Positions 39,251 to 52,607 of a stretch of 64,000 bases of DNA are shown one piece after another (within the stretch, counting starts at the first letter, position 1; the number at the start of each line of letters is the position of its first letter). The stretch is from assembly GCF_963921235.1 (NCBI RefSeq), contig NC_086097.1, positions 52,082,001-52,146,000 of the forward strand. The letters run 5' to 3'. The DNA comes from Mobula hypostoma. Its lineage: Eukaryota. The position numbers and the translations under genes are program-made. Below the pieces are notes generated by a model, which saw nothing but the letters and a program-made list of their open reading frames with translations, did no database searches and was not told where the DNA came from.

Positions 39251-40879
39251 TAGGAAGGATGGAAAGAAATAATTTTTGTTGGTTTTTCGATTGTGGAATA
39301 CCTTTCCACATGGCATGATTAAAATAAAGGCATAAAATTGCATGGTTGTTTGAAGCAGAGGGAATGTGTGAAGTATTGAGCAATGGGATTAATTAGGTTG
39401 CTTTAGGAATGAGGCATTCTGGTTGCCCAAATCAGTTATAATTACATATTCTTTGACTTGTGATGTTTTTGTGTTTGTTGCAACAAAGCATGATTATTGA
39501 AACTCACCTATCTTTGGGGCAATTTTTGATGATTCATCCTGGGCAAAAGCATTTCTGGTGGTCTAATATAATATCTGCTGGAAGCAAAGTGTTGAAGTTT
39601 TGCCATCATGTCAAGGGTACAGAGTTGACCAATGTTATTTATTAAATGAAGAACTTCTATCTGGAACCCAAGCTGGACGGAACTAATTGAAATCGCCCAG
39701 GCATCCTGCTTTCACATTCAAAGCTTTCCTCTGTTTCCTCTGTTCCCTGTGGCACAATCCATTGCCCCTTTGGGTGTCTCCCTAGTGAAGCATGCTGCCA
39801 GCTAAATGCACTATATGTATGATCTTACTCTTTCCATAACTCACATCCCATTTATATTTTTGTGCAATGTACCAAAATACTGCTTGAAAAACCAAACAAT
39901 ATGTTCAAAGTATTTTGTGAATATTGTTAAAGGATGTTTTGTTGTGTGTAGGTTGCATTCAATTCAGGATCATGCGGTGAATACTGAGCACTGTTAACAA
40001 GGAATATGAAGGGAAAAGGTCAAACAATTTGCTGGCTAGACAGTTTGGGAATTTTTATTGTAATGTTGTAATATAATTTTTTTGACCATCTGAGTGGAAA
40101 TGTGAATTATTGAGAAGCAGAAGCGTTTTAATTCAATTGCACCATACTGGAAAGATAAATATAATGATAATATAACACTGTGATATTGACAATCAATGAA
40201 AGGCATTTTAATTCAGTTGTATTATACATGAAGCCAAAAGATAAATAAAAAGATGACGTAACAGTAATATTTGGGTCTTACTGAATTTGAGATGGGAAGT
40301 AGCTCAGCAAGTTGCCCAGCACTTGATTTAAAAATACCTGATTGCATTCAGGGAACTATAAAAATAATTCTCACATTTTCTCCCCTGTTCAGCGTAGTTA
40401 GTATAAAAATAACTCTTCCCTTCTGTTATCACGTGATGTTTCTCCCCTGGCAGCAGACCTTAACAGCATAAGAGCTGAACTGCCAATTAAGAATAACTGC
40501 TTCGGATTCTCAGAATAGCTTTATTCCTGCTTCTGTCGAAACTGTGTTGCTTCAGAGCTTCAACAGTGTTGTGTTTTTATTGTTTTTATGACATTATATT
40601 ATTGATATTTGCAAGGATTAAGATGTCATAAAAATATTTCAATATTCCCAGTTCTGCATTGGTTAATAAAATACCTGTTGGTAATTAAAATGGTCTTTCT
40701 GCTGAAGAAAATTAAAATGAAAACTAATTGAATATTATTACATATATACCTGTAGCCTAGGAAATTAAGTGAATTAGTGTGGACCATGAATTCTGACGCA
40801 TTGGAAGAGATTTTAGCAATGTGGTTTATCTAGTTTACCTTGTGGTTTACCTTGAACTTGTGTTCAAGGCCAAACATCA

Positions 40880-41330
40880 CTTACTAAACATAGCCATTTA
40901 AAGCTGAAATTCATTATGAGTTACATCTAGCACATGGCCATCCACATCCTGGCCACTTCCACCTCCTCATCATTGACTGAAGTGCACATCTGCTGCTAAA
41001 ACAGTCATCCACACCGACGTTACATTGGGACTTTGCTATTCCTTTGACTCCCACCTCTACCCAGGATAAACTGTGTTTATATAAACCACATCTACCTGAA
41101 TCTTAACTTGCACTGAACCCCATTCACTCACAAACCCTTCTGTTTACTCAGCTGCCTTGGTTCCATGTTCAGCAAAGCCTCAAGTTTCTACTTATCCTCA
41201 CATGCAGATCCTTCCATAGCATTAACTGCACTGTCTCTCTGGTTTCCTCTACCTAAGAAGACTTCAAGGACTTCAGGCTCTTCCATTGCATTACCATTTC
41301 TGGTCACACTTCCAGCTAGCTAAGATTTGG
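40880..41330 (+). mobile_element. Old L2 LINE ORF2 3' fragment
   Basis: Decayed SAAKTVIH..D...LPWFHV.Q.LKF pattern typical of L2 C-termini. Confidence 0.55.
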
Positions 41331-42588
41331 AACTCCGTCCCTATTTCTTTCCCTTTCTGTACAATGCTTTTTCAAACCTACTGTTTGAACGGATGTTTGG
41401 TTATCTGTCTTCATATTACTTCCAAAGTTATAGTACCACCATTTCTATTCATAACGTTCTTGATGATTTGCAATGTGACAGATGTATTAATACAAATCCA
41501 GAAATTCCTCTATCCTGGGAAAGATGCATAATTATTCTGCTGGGCCACTGCTGCAAAGTTATGTTGCACATAAGATCCATATCATTGTGCATAGTAGAAC
41601 AGGCCCTGTAAATCTAACATAGATAAAAGCCCTGCTTTTGGTGTGAGAAGAGAACATTCAGAATTGTGCTTGGTACTTGGCAAGAAGGACTGCTTATTAT
41701 TAAGGGGCTATTTGTTAATGCCAGCGTGGGCATAGATAATGTGAATGACACATTCTAATTTCCAAGTATTGATAGTCCTCACTTTGAAGAGTAAAATCTT
41801 AACAAAATAGTCTGCTCATTTATAGTCAGAATGTGAATCAAGTTACAAGTAATCACAACATAGCCTAGAAATTATATTGCCTTGTGCAAATTTATGCATA
41901 CCATCAGATAGAATGTTATCAGAGAACGTAAGTGTGTGGTCCATGCTTCTCACAGGTCACGTGTGCTCACACTGCATTGCGTGTTTAGACCTGTGACTTG
42001 CTATTTGATACCACTGCTCTTCCTTGGGTTCTATCAGTCATAGCATAGCAGGTGTACTCTACATTCTGAGTATTTCGGCATCATTCAACGAAGTTACAGT
42101 TAAATACCAATCATTTTCATTTCTTGGTTGATCTACCTATCAGTACAATTAAGGGCAACTACATGAGATCAACTTGCCTTATAAATTTTTGCTTGACACA
42201 TTGGCTAACTGGGTGATTTGAGGGACATAGACAATTTCCATGTAGTTTCAGGCAGTGGGTCGGCTTGATCGAGAGGAATGAGTTCAGGTGCAGATCCCAG
42301 AACTGGAATGCTGCTGTGCCGACCCATCACACCACTCAATGGCAAGCTAAAAGTGCAAGTTGCTAATAGCCACCTATACACACCACGATAGTGAGATGGA
42401 GAGGACCACAGGTTAAAAATGAAAGATAATAAAATGTGACTCCAGTAATCTGCATTATGCACGTGGTGCAAATGAATCCCTCTTGCTCCTATCTCTTCAG
42501 TTTTTGTTAAATAAAATCCTGTAAATAAAACACAGAATCCCCTCCCCATGAAGTATAATGATAAAGATAAACAAATATTCACTTAGAG

Positions 42589-42668
42589 CGGGGATTTCCA
42601 ACCTGGGGTTCACAGACCCTTTGCTTAATGGTATTGGACCATGGCATAAAAGTGGCTGGGAACCCCTG
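42589..42668 (+). mobile_element. 80-bp hAT MITE
   Basis: Perfect 8-bp TSD ACTTAGAG; ends cggggatttccaacc / ggctgggaacccctg. Confidence 0.88.
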
Positions 42669-43319
42669 ACTTAGAGTCAAAATGATAGTTTTCAACTCTG
42701 ACGTTCTAAAATGCCCAAAGATTCATTAACAACTACTTTATGAAATCAAAGACCTAATTAACTCAGCAGCATAAGGAGCAGTAACAACTCATGAGCACAT
42801 TAGAAGCTGCAGGCTTGTGACCTATCCAGAAGACAGATGTGAGCCCACACTACAGGCACAACTGGCAGGCCAGACAAAAGAGCAAAGTGTATCTTCACCT
42901 TAGATTGGAGCCTATGAAAATATGAATTAACATTTTGGCAGAAGAAATGCAGTGTAATAGTTCTGCATGATTTAACAGGGAAGGGAATTAATTATGAATG
43001 TTTATTGGAAATCCCCTGCATAAGATAACACATGTTTTAAAAAGTTTAAAAGGAGCATAAATTTGATTCCAATTACTTCAAAAATGGATGCAAAGTGACA
43101 GAACCGGAATATGAACCAGTAAAGTTGTATCAGGTTTCTTTTCAGCCAAGTGTATACTTTTCAGCATCTTTGGGGGGGGGGGGGGTCAGGTGTAGTATTA
43201 TCAATACTAAGTGTAATGAAAATGACCAAAATGTTATATCAAGCAAACATTCTGTCCAAAAGCATGTGACTGTAAGCAAAAAAAGCTACATAGGAATGAA
43301 TGTATAAAAATGAACACTG

Positions 43320-44105
43320 TAAACGCGAGAGAGTTGTGGACTCAGCTCAGTATATCACTGAAACTAGCCCTCTCGCCACAGACTCACGTCTTCTCACTGC
43401 CTCACTAAAGCAGCCAGTATAATCAAAGACTCTTCCAATCCCAGACCAAGATATCCCCAACCCCACTCTCTTCTCTCCCCTCCCTTTGGGCAGAAGTTCA
43501 AAGTAAATTTTATTATTGAAGTACATATATGTCACCATATACAACCCTACAACTCTGAGATTCATTTTCTTGTGGGCATACTCAGTGAATCTACAGAATA
43601 GTAACTATAAAAGGATCAATGAAAGATCAACCAGAGTCCAGAAGCCAACAAACTCTGCAAATGCAAATATAAATAAATAGCAATGAACAATGAGAACATG
43701 AGATAAAGTCTTTAAAAGTGAGATCATTGGTTGTGGGAACATTTCAATGATGGGGTAAGTATCCCTTTTTATTGAAGAGGCTGGTGGATGGGGAGTAGTA
43801 ACTGTTCTTGAACCTAGTGGTGCGAGTCTTGATACAAAAGCCTGAAGGCATTTACCACCAGGCTCAATGAAAACTTCTATCCCACTGTTATAAGAGTATT
43901 GAATGGTTCCCTAGGAAGATAAGGTAGATCCTTGACCTCACAGTCTACCTCATTATGATTTTGTACTGCACTTTCTCTTCAGCTGTTACATTTATTCAGC
44001 ATTCTCTTTTATCTTTTTTCCCTTACAGTTTTTCTATTGACTGTGTAATGAATAGATCTGTGAGGTCAGTATGCAAGTCTTTAATTGTCTATGGACAACA
44101 ATAGA
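43320..44105 (+). mobile_element. Rex1-type 3' fragment with a nested antisense Rex1 3' UTR at ~43497-43830
   Basis: gggcagaag|...|atacaaaagcctgaag (GRRYKSL) is split by an insert beginning ttcaaagtaaatttt. Confidence 0.75.
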
Positions 44106-45119
44106 CCAAGAAGAATAAAACTTTCCGAGGATCATATAAAGAAGCAAAGTAGAGGAATTAGTTTAAACAAGAAATATTGAAAATTTTGAGTGTTAGGTGA
44201 TAAACTATAGATCGACAAGTAAAAGGAGGCAAACAAGTAAAAGAAAGTTTAGTAACTGACCTCAGAATAATATGGATGTACAACTGTTAATGTTAAGTTG
44301 ATCTGGAATCAATTTCCGAATCAGAATCACTGACATATGTCATGAAAATTGTTGTTTGCTACAATATTACATTGGAATACATAAAAATACTATAAAGTAC
44401 AAGAAGAAATGTGCATATATTAAATTAAATATGAAGTGTTCATGGGTTGGTTCATTATCCAGTCAAAAATACGTGGTGGAGGAGAAGAAGCTGTTCCTAA
44501 AGCATTGACTGTGTGTCTTCTGGTTTCTGTACCTCCTCTCTGAGGAGTCATTGATCAATGACTCTGGAGATATATTTTTGAGATAGAGGTTTTATTTAAC
44601 TCATTACTTGTCGTTCCTAATATCTGTAGATGTAATTACAGTATTTGTGGTTGAGCTTTCCATCAGTTCCACACCCTTATCTGAAGGCTAATTTTCATTT
44701 TCTTTTCTGATTCCATTTCAATGGCAGCGCTTTGGAAAATGAGATCAAGGCAGAATCCTAATAACCATTAATAAGTAATTGAGCTACTGGATTTAGTAAT
44801 CATTTTCTGCACATTTGTTCAGTTCTGGGTAAAAGTGATACTCCTTCCATTTTAGATCATGTGTCTGGATACCACTCTCAGTCCGCCGAGTCAGTGAGGA
44901 ATCGGTCGAGAGCTCTGTTGCCTGTAAGTGGCTATTAGGCCTGTTTGGTGATAGGTGAAGATGAGAATGTTGTCTAATCAATTGTGAAACTTGGGACTTT
45001 TGGAGTTTCCCTGAGGCTTGTGGGGAAACCTGGTGTCACTTTACAATGCTGATGATGTGTTTCGCTTGCTCCGCCCGAGATTCAGTGAGAGACTCTTCTT
45101 GTCACTTAAGGTATCCGTA

Positions 45120-45330
45120 AACACAAGAGATTCTGCAGATGGTGGAAGTCCTGAGCAATGCACACAAGATGCTGGGGGAGCTCAGCAGGTCAGGCAGCAA
45201 CTGTGGAAGGAATAAACCAGTCAAGATTTCAGGCGGAGACCCTTCCTCGTGGTCTCAGCCTGAAACGTCAACTGTTCCTTCCTCTTTACAGATTCTGCCT
45301 GACCTGCTGAGCCATCCCGTGATACTTTGC
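45120..45330. mobile_element. Palindromic Penelope family A terminal-repeat pair
   Basis: ctcagcaggtcaggcag...tttcaggcggagacc cttcctcgt ggtctcagcctgaaa...ctgcctgacctgctgag. Confidence 0.8.
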
Positions 45331-45869
45331 TGTAAAACTGTAGAGAATGTTTAGAATGTTTCTGCCACTTGAGCAATACAGCTTTTTAAAAAAAAGTTGG
45401 ATGCAAAATATGGAACAGCCGTCAATCATTCCTAGCCTATGGGTGGAATCCTTTCAGTGGTCAATATTTGCGTGCATATTTGCATGTGTTGGGTGCGTAA
45501 ATTACATCTGAGCGTAACTAAATCTTTAGTGTGTGCGCAGCTGATGCCTGTACTTTGAATCAGATCCTCTTTTTGTGTATGCTGGTCATTTATACGCAGG
45601 CTTTTGGGGTTGGGGATTGGACTGCTGCAGCATTCGTGGTCTCAGGGACTTGGGCTATATTTTTTGTGTGACCGTATTTTTGCTGCTGTCTTCTATATGT
45701 GCCTTTGGTACTGTACTGTGCTTTGCACCTGGGCCCTGGAGTAAAACTGTTTTGTTTGGCTGTGTTTATGAACCTTATGTAGTGAAAACAAACAGCATTG
45801 GATGCACAACTTACACACTATTAATTTAATATGTTAAAGGTCTGTGGACATCGTGAGCATTTACACAGA

Positions 45870-46690
45870 ACTGGGTCTTAATGGGGAGCTAAAGACTGCT
45901 ACAGCCTTTACTATAGGAGCAAGTTTGAGAGGGCATTGCAAGGTGCAGCTGGTGAGCATTGACGGGGAGAGGTTGGGGAGTAAAAGACAAGAGATAGGTT
46001 AATTTAGATATTTTTCAATAGAAGGGACTGAGGATAATGGATATGGTGGCTAGGACAGTCGTATTCTCCATCTGCAGGATGTGGGAGATCAGTAATATTT
46101 CCAGTGTCTCAGCACCTGTCAAGCCGCATGGGACAACTGGAGCTGAAATGGTCTCAGTATGAACAAGTTGGTCACACTAAAGAATGCAGATGGGTGACTA
46201 CCAGGAAAGGCAGTAGGTGCAGGGGACCCGTCTTCATTGCCCTCTCAAATATGTGTGCTATTTTGGATACTGTTGGGGAGATGTATCCTCTCAGAGGAAA
46301 GCAGTGGCTAAACTAGTGCCACCACAGTTGGCTCTGATTCATAATGGGGAGAGAAAAGTCTAGAGGAACAGTAGTGGGGCATTTGCTAGTAAGGAAAAAA
46401 AGCCAGGATGCTTCTGTGGCCAAGAGTGAGATTCGAGAGTGAAATGTTCTCCTTTGTGCGCTGGAGTCAGGGATGTCTCAGATCAGATACAAAACATTCT
46501 GAAGGGGGAGGGGGGAGAGCAACAGAGATGGGAGTACAAAGTGATGTCATGATGGAGGTAGAAAAAGAAATGTGGGCCTGCAAAACAAATTTAAGGAGTT
46601 AGGCAGAAGGTTAAAAATAGGATTTCTTGGATTGTAATCTCAGGATTACTCCTGTGCCACACGCTAGATAAATAGAAATAGGAGGATATT
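45870..46690 (+). mobile_element. CR1 5' region / ORF1 (zinc finger plus SGNH esterase), degraded
   Basis: SICRMWE, FCG..RDSR, IVISGLL.VP..RNRRI remnants. Confidence 0.7.
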
Positions 46691-48500
46691 GTCTCTCCCT
46701 AAAATCTGCCGCTAGCACACCAGTCCAAAAGCAAAAAACCCTTTTAGCCTCCTGTCTCCATCCCATTTCCAAATTTTCCTATTTCAGTAACTCCTTGAAT
46801 ATACTCTGGCCTTCCGATTCTATTTTAGCATAACTCTTTATCAGAATTCTTCCAGTTGTGTTTCTACCCCCTTTACATTACCAAAATAGCTTATTAAAAG
46901 CCATTAATAATTTCCTATGTGACAGTAACAAAGGAAACCTATACCTTTTTTGTCCTTTTCAACCTGGTTGCAAGCAGTTATATAGCTGACCACAGCATCC
47001 TTCTCCAGTGTCTGTTCTGTGGGAAGACTCAAATGCCTTGATCCAGTCTAAATGCTGAATTATGTTAATGAATAAGCAGTGTTGGCTTTTCCCTTTTCTG
47101 TACCATTAAGCTCTGGATCCATCTACTGTCCCCTTTGTTTCTCGTCACCGTATGGGCCTGCACCCATCTGAAAGCAGTGCATCTAATCCCCAGTGTACAC
47201 CCCAGATCTCCTTCCTTCAGCAGAAAGTATTTCTCAGTAAGTCGGGGGAAACAAACTATTGTCTTTGGTTCTCAGCGCAACCTCTGTTATTTTCTTTGAC
47301 TTCTATCTAAAACTGAACTGGACAGTTGATGGGCCTGAGGTGAGATTCATATAAACTTTCTCCAAGCCCACTTCTGCAATATTGACTTAGTCTCTGACCT
47401 CAGCTCATCCCTGCTCCGACACTTATCTGAGTAATTGTTACCCCCGCCTTCGACTATTTCAAAGGTACATTTATTAACAAAGCATGTTTGCAATATTCAG
47501 CTCTGAGATTCTTCTTCTCCAGATAGCCATGAAATAAAGAAAAACCAAGCAAGTCAGTTCAGAGAGAAAGGGCATACTTAACCCTCTGCACAAAAGAAGC
47601 ATCAACCCCACAAATGCCTCTCCCCCTCACTCAAAAATAAACAGCAAAGAAGAACGGGTGACAACACAGAATATTAAGAACACAAGACTGAAACATTTCA
47701 TAGTCCATAGTCCAAGACCATAAGCGCTGAATCTTGGTAACATCCTCTGACATCATGGAGAGGGAGAGAGAGAGAGGGAAAAACAAAGAGGCCTATACCC
47801 TCTGAGCATAGTCGTAGGCCACACAGGCTTCACCCTTCACCAGCAGCAGAGGCCTGGAATCTTCTCGGAGAGAGCAAAATACTGGATCACGCAATCAACC
47901 TCCAAAGTGTAAATCACAGACTCTAACCGTTTCAGAAACAGATTTAAGATGAAAAGCAGACATAAATGAAGTGAAATAAATAGTCTTGTGGTCTATCCAG
48001 AAGATGTTCACCAAGGGAGTGTCGTACGCAAGTGCCACCTTGACTGGTTTGTCTTTGCGTTAGTCTCCACAAACTTGATGCATGGTGCCCGCATCCAAAC
48101 TGAGTCCAAGTCCTATTTGTTGAGTTCCTTGTTCACAGACATAATTTGGTTCCCAGTTAAAGCAACGTCTCAAAATTAAAAATCTCATTCTTCATTTTCA
48201 AATCCCTGTGTGGCCTTGCTTTGTCTTTCCTCTGCAAATTTTTGCAGTGCTCTAACACATCAATATCATAATGCTATCCTAATTCTGAACTGATAATCAT
48301 CCCCACAGTTAATCACTTCTTCAATTTCCAAGTTGGCAAACTGTAGCCCCTCCCTAATCCTCTACACCCTTTCTTTTGCTTTTCTTCTTTACAAAGATCC
48401 AAAGCCTTCATTGTTGATCAAGCTTTAGATCGTCTGTCTTAATATCTCAGGGTTGTATTTTCGTGATAATGCTCTGGTGAAGTGCCTTTGCTGTTAATAA
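46690..48500 (+). mobile_element. Old L2 LINE, interrupted at 47458-48045
   Basis: Decayed PISKFP, DHSILL, RLDY and WFPVKQRL.IKILIL.FKSL motifs. Confidence 0.6.
47458..48045 (-). mobile_element. Second copy of the bipartite non-autonomous element at 572-1322
   Basis: Reverse complement begins agtcaaggtggcacttgcgtacgacactcccttggtgaacatcttctggatagacc and ends gaagaatctcagagctgaat...cctttgaa. Confidence 0.7.
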
Positions 48501-49279
48501 ACATTAACTGTTTATAAAATGTAGGTATAAAATACCAATTAAAATATGCACTAGTACCAAGGGGATGAAATATAGCCAAGCCAATTTATGTGACAAACAA
48601 AAAAATCTTCTATTAATATCTACTAATACAGTAAAATGCTTGTATTTCTACCAAAGCATATTATAAAAAAATAAGTAGGTATAAAGTTTAACCTAAGCAT
48701 TACAGTAATCAGATCCATGTTTTAAGCAAATATTTTGCACGTTGCAATCTCTTCCTTACTCAGAACTGGAATAGCCAGTAATGTTGTCATTTGTCTGTCT
48801 TAACCGAGTTCATGAAGTGGATTGCAGTGTATCCAATTGTACTGCTTTGTATGAGTCAGTCAGCAGAGGTTAGTGGGTGCTGACATAAATACCCAGGTGA
48901 TTACATCTTGAAGAAAACAATGGAAGAAAGGATTTGTGATCATACACCGCTTCAGGTCGTCATTTTGTAAACTTGGCATTGGAATGACTTTTACAAAGTA
49001 GCCAGAGAAAAGCATATGGAAATTCAGTAGCATCCACTTCCTTAAAAGTTACAAGAAAGCATGTTGTATTTTAGATTTTACTGTAACATTTAGAGACATT
49101 TTTTCCCAACTTTAGGTGGGATATTTGAAAAAAGTTACACTGCTGCAATGGCTTCTTGGGCTAGGAGCATACTTTATACTTCACTGATTATGTGAATGTG
49201 ACATGTTGTTAAAATGCTGCTTACCACATTCTTTGGCAGCATACTCATTTCCTTTGAGTTAAAGACCGAATAATATCTT

Positions 49280-50620
49280 GTACAGAAGAGATTCTGCAGA
49301 TGCTGGATATCTTGAGCAATGCACACACAATGCTGGAGGAACTCAGCAAGTCAGGCAGCATCTATGGAAGGGAATAAACAGTTGATATTTTAGGCCAAGG
49401 CCCTTCATCAGGACTGGAAAGAAAGGGAACAGAAGCCAGGATAAGGAGGTTTGACGTGCAGTCCTCTTTTATTGTCATTTAGTAATACATGCATTAAGAA
49501 ATGATACAATATTTCCTCTGGTGTGATATCACAAAACACAGGACAGACCAAGACTGAAAAAACTGACAAAACCACATAATTATAACATATAGTTACAACA
49601 GTACAACAATACCATAACTTGATGAGGAAGTCCATGAGCACAGTAAAAGTTCAAAATCTCTCAAATGTCCCACATCTCACAGAGACTGGAGAAGGAAGAA
49701 AAACTCTCCCTGCCATGCCCGACCACAATCCGTCTCTGAGTGATCCGAAAACTTCGAGCCTCCAAATCGGCTCTCCAACACCGAGTACTGAGCCCCATCT
49801 CTGTCCAAACGATTCGACCTCAATCTCGGTCGCCAACAGCAGGCAAAGCCGGGGATTTTGAGGCCTACCCTTTGGAAGATTCCCGACCACGCAGTGAACG
49901 AGCATTTCAGAAATTTCTCCAGATGTTCCTCTGTGCTTTCACGTCCCTCTCCATCAAATCAGAATTGTCCACGGCCCCTATTTAAAGGATATGATATCAT
50001 TTTTCACCAGAGGGCGCGCTGCTCCCTCTCCTCCCGCCGTTTGGGGGGGGGGTGCGGTTTGAAAATATACAAGCTGGTAGGTGATAGGTGAGACCAGATG
50101 ATGGGGAAGCTGGGTAGATGGGGAAAACAGAATAGATGGAAGAGGTAAAGGGCTAAAGAAAGGGGAATCTCATAGGAGAGGGCAGAAATTGTGGAAGAAA
50201 ATGGAGGAGGACAACCAGAAGGAGGTGATGGGCAGGTGAGGAGAAGAGACAAGATGAGAGGGTAAGCAGAATGAGGAATGGAAAAAAGGAGAGGGGATGA
50301 GGAAGAAATCACTGAAAATTGGAGAAGTTAGTCTTCATGCCATCATGTTAGAGACTACCCGGATGGAATATAATGTGTTGTACTTCCAGCCTGAGTTTGG
50401 CCTCATGGCAGTAGAGAAGTCCACGGATAGATGTGTCAGGATGGGAATGGGAAGCTAAGCTGAAATAGGTAGCCGCCAGGAGATCCTACTTTTACAGTAG
50501 ACAGAGTACCAGATGCAGTAAATGACCTTGACAGACTTGCAGGTAAAGAGTCACCTCACCTGGAGGGACTGCTTAGGGCCTGAATGGTGATGAGGGTGGA
50601 AATGTAGGGGCAGGTGTAGC
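49280..50620 (-). mobile_element. Penelope family A copy interrupted at ~49455-50040
   Basis: Terminal repeat at 49280-49450, purine-rich tract at 50055-50310 and a GIY-YIG remnant from ~50315, collinear with 35847-36380. Confidence 0.8.
49455..50040 (-). mobile_element. Young non-coding SINE-like insertion, unclassified
   Basis: CpG-rich body and aatgacaataaaagaggac 3' end on the - strand; cleanly splits the Penelope copy. Confidence 0.55.
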
Positions 50621-50644
50621 ATTCGGCATTACTATTTCAGAGTG

Positions 50645-51291
50645 CCTTTCAAAGAAAGCACATCAGCGCCTCTCCTTTCTTAGAAGTTTGCGAAGATTTT
50701 GACTTTACTATAGATGTAGTATGGTGGAGAGTGTGTTGACTGGTTACATCAAGGCCTGGTATGGAACCACCAATGCCCTTTTACAAAAAAGCCTACTAAA
50801 AGTAGTGGATACAGCTCAGTCGATATGGGTAAAGCCCTTCCCACCATTGAGCATGCTTATACAGAGCACTGTCACAGGAAAGCATATTCTCCTCTTGCTG
50901 CTGCCACCAGGAAGAAAGTGCAGGAGCCTTAGGACTCTCGCCACCTGGTTCAGGAGCAGTTATTACCCCTCAGCCTTCAAGTTCTTGAACCAAATGGGAT
51001 AACTTTAGTCACTCTATCACTGAAATGTTCCCACAACCAACCGATGGACCACTTTCAAGGACTCTTCATTCCATCTTCTTGATACTTGTTGCTTATTTAT
51101 TCTAATTATTTTTTTTGTATTTGTAGAGTTTGTTTTTTTTTACATTGTTTGTTGTCCACCATGTTAGCTGTGGTCGTTAATTGATACTATTGTGTTTCTT
51201 GTATTTACTGTGATTGCCTGCAAATAAATGAATCTCAGGTTGTATATGGTGACATGTATGTATTTTGAATATAAATTTACTTTGAACTTTG
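50645..51291 (+). mobile_element. Rex1/Babar 3' fragment
   Basis: VESVLTGYIKAWYG, FRSSYYPSAFKFLN and the standard tail. Confidence 0.88.
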
Positions 51292-52607
51292 GTCATCCTT
51301 GCAAGGATATCTTTGTCTAATTCTTTGCTTTCCTGTTTTTGTTTTTGAAATTCCTTAACATAGCAATGTTTTGAGATGTTAAAAGTATTAATATAATGAC
51401 CTTGTGCAGGGCTAGGGTTGTGCCCTCACATCTTACAAAGGCTTGTCAGTTGTGATTGCAAAATTATGCAGATGATATAGCTGAACAAATATGGAAACAA
51501 CTGGAAAATCTGGCAAACGTGTTCGTTCTTGATTGCTGTATTGTATGCACTGCGGAGAAAATGAAACTATTTTCTAATTTTGTAATCAAGTTTCATTGTA
51601 GAGCTTTAGGCATAGAAGAAATGTATTGTGGGAGAAAAAGAGGCTGTTTTTGGTTATTTGCCTGGAGGGACAGCTGTTCATTTTATTGCATTAGGCATTG
51701 TGCCATTTTCTACTCTGGAAATATAGAATTGGTCTTTAGGCATTTTTGGTGCATTAATTGGTTACTGTAATTAGTGTTGATGGTCTGTAGGAGGTCACAA
51801 AAATATCGCAAACTTGGGACCTGCATGCTTTAAGAAATTGTTATCAGTGTTGCTTCCTGTTAAGACCAATAAAATAATGTATATTGCAGTGTAAGCTGGG
51901 GCAGGAACCATGGTCCCATTCCATTGAATGGGATTGTGTCTGTTTGAAAATCAGGATAATTGAAGAGAAAGGGGGGCTTATTTTACATCTTTTAACATTT
52001 TGTTATTATTTTAAAATATTTTTAATTAAATTAACACTTCTTACTAGTCTACTTGAAATTATTTACTCCTATTTTGACTATCTCTGAAAACCTGTACTTC
52101 ACAAGTGACAGCTGCTTTACAGGCAGACAGCATTAGTGCCCTTAAAGAGTTGTGTCCATGGCAGCCTGTGGCTGAAAAAAAGGTAATGGGATATAAGAGG
52201 AGTAATCATGCAGGGCCTCCTGGGGGTCTGACTATTGGAGTGTCAAAGGGTCATTCCCAATGTTCAATAAGTTGGTGCACTGAGTCACAGATGGAGAGAT
52301 CTGAGAACGATGCTTATCAGTTTACAGGTCTTTACAAAAGGGGCTGGCAATGAGTTTACAAAACGAAAACCAGAAGGTTTTTATCCACATTTTAAAAACT
52401 AGGTCCCAGAGATCATATAGGGCACTACATTCAGCATAATATACTGACTGTATTGAAGAATTTTATGATTGTGAATTGTGAACTTTTAATCCATTTTTTT
52501 TCAAGTAATTGAATAAGCCATGTATTTGCTAATATTATCACATGTGGCAGGTGCAATGATAAAATTACTATGGATATAAACATGAATTGTGATAATGATT
52601 ATTACTA

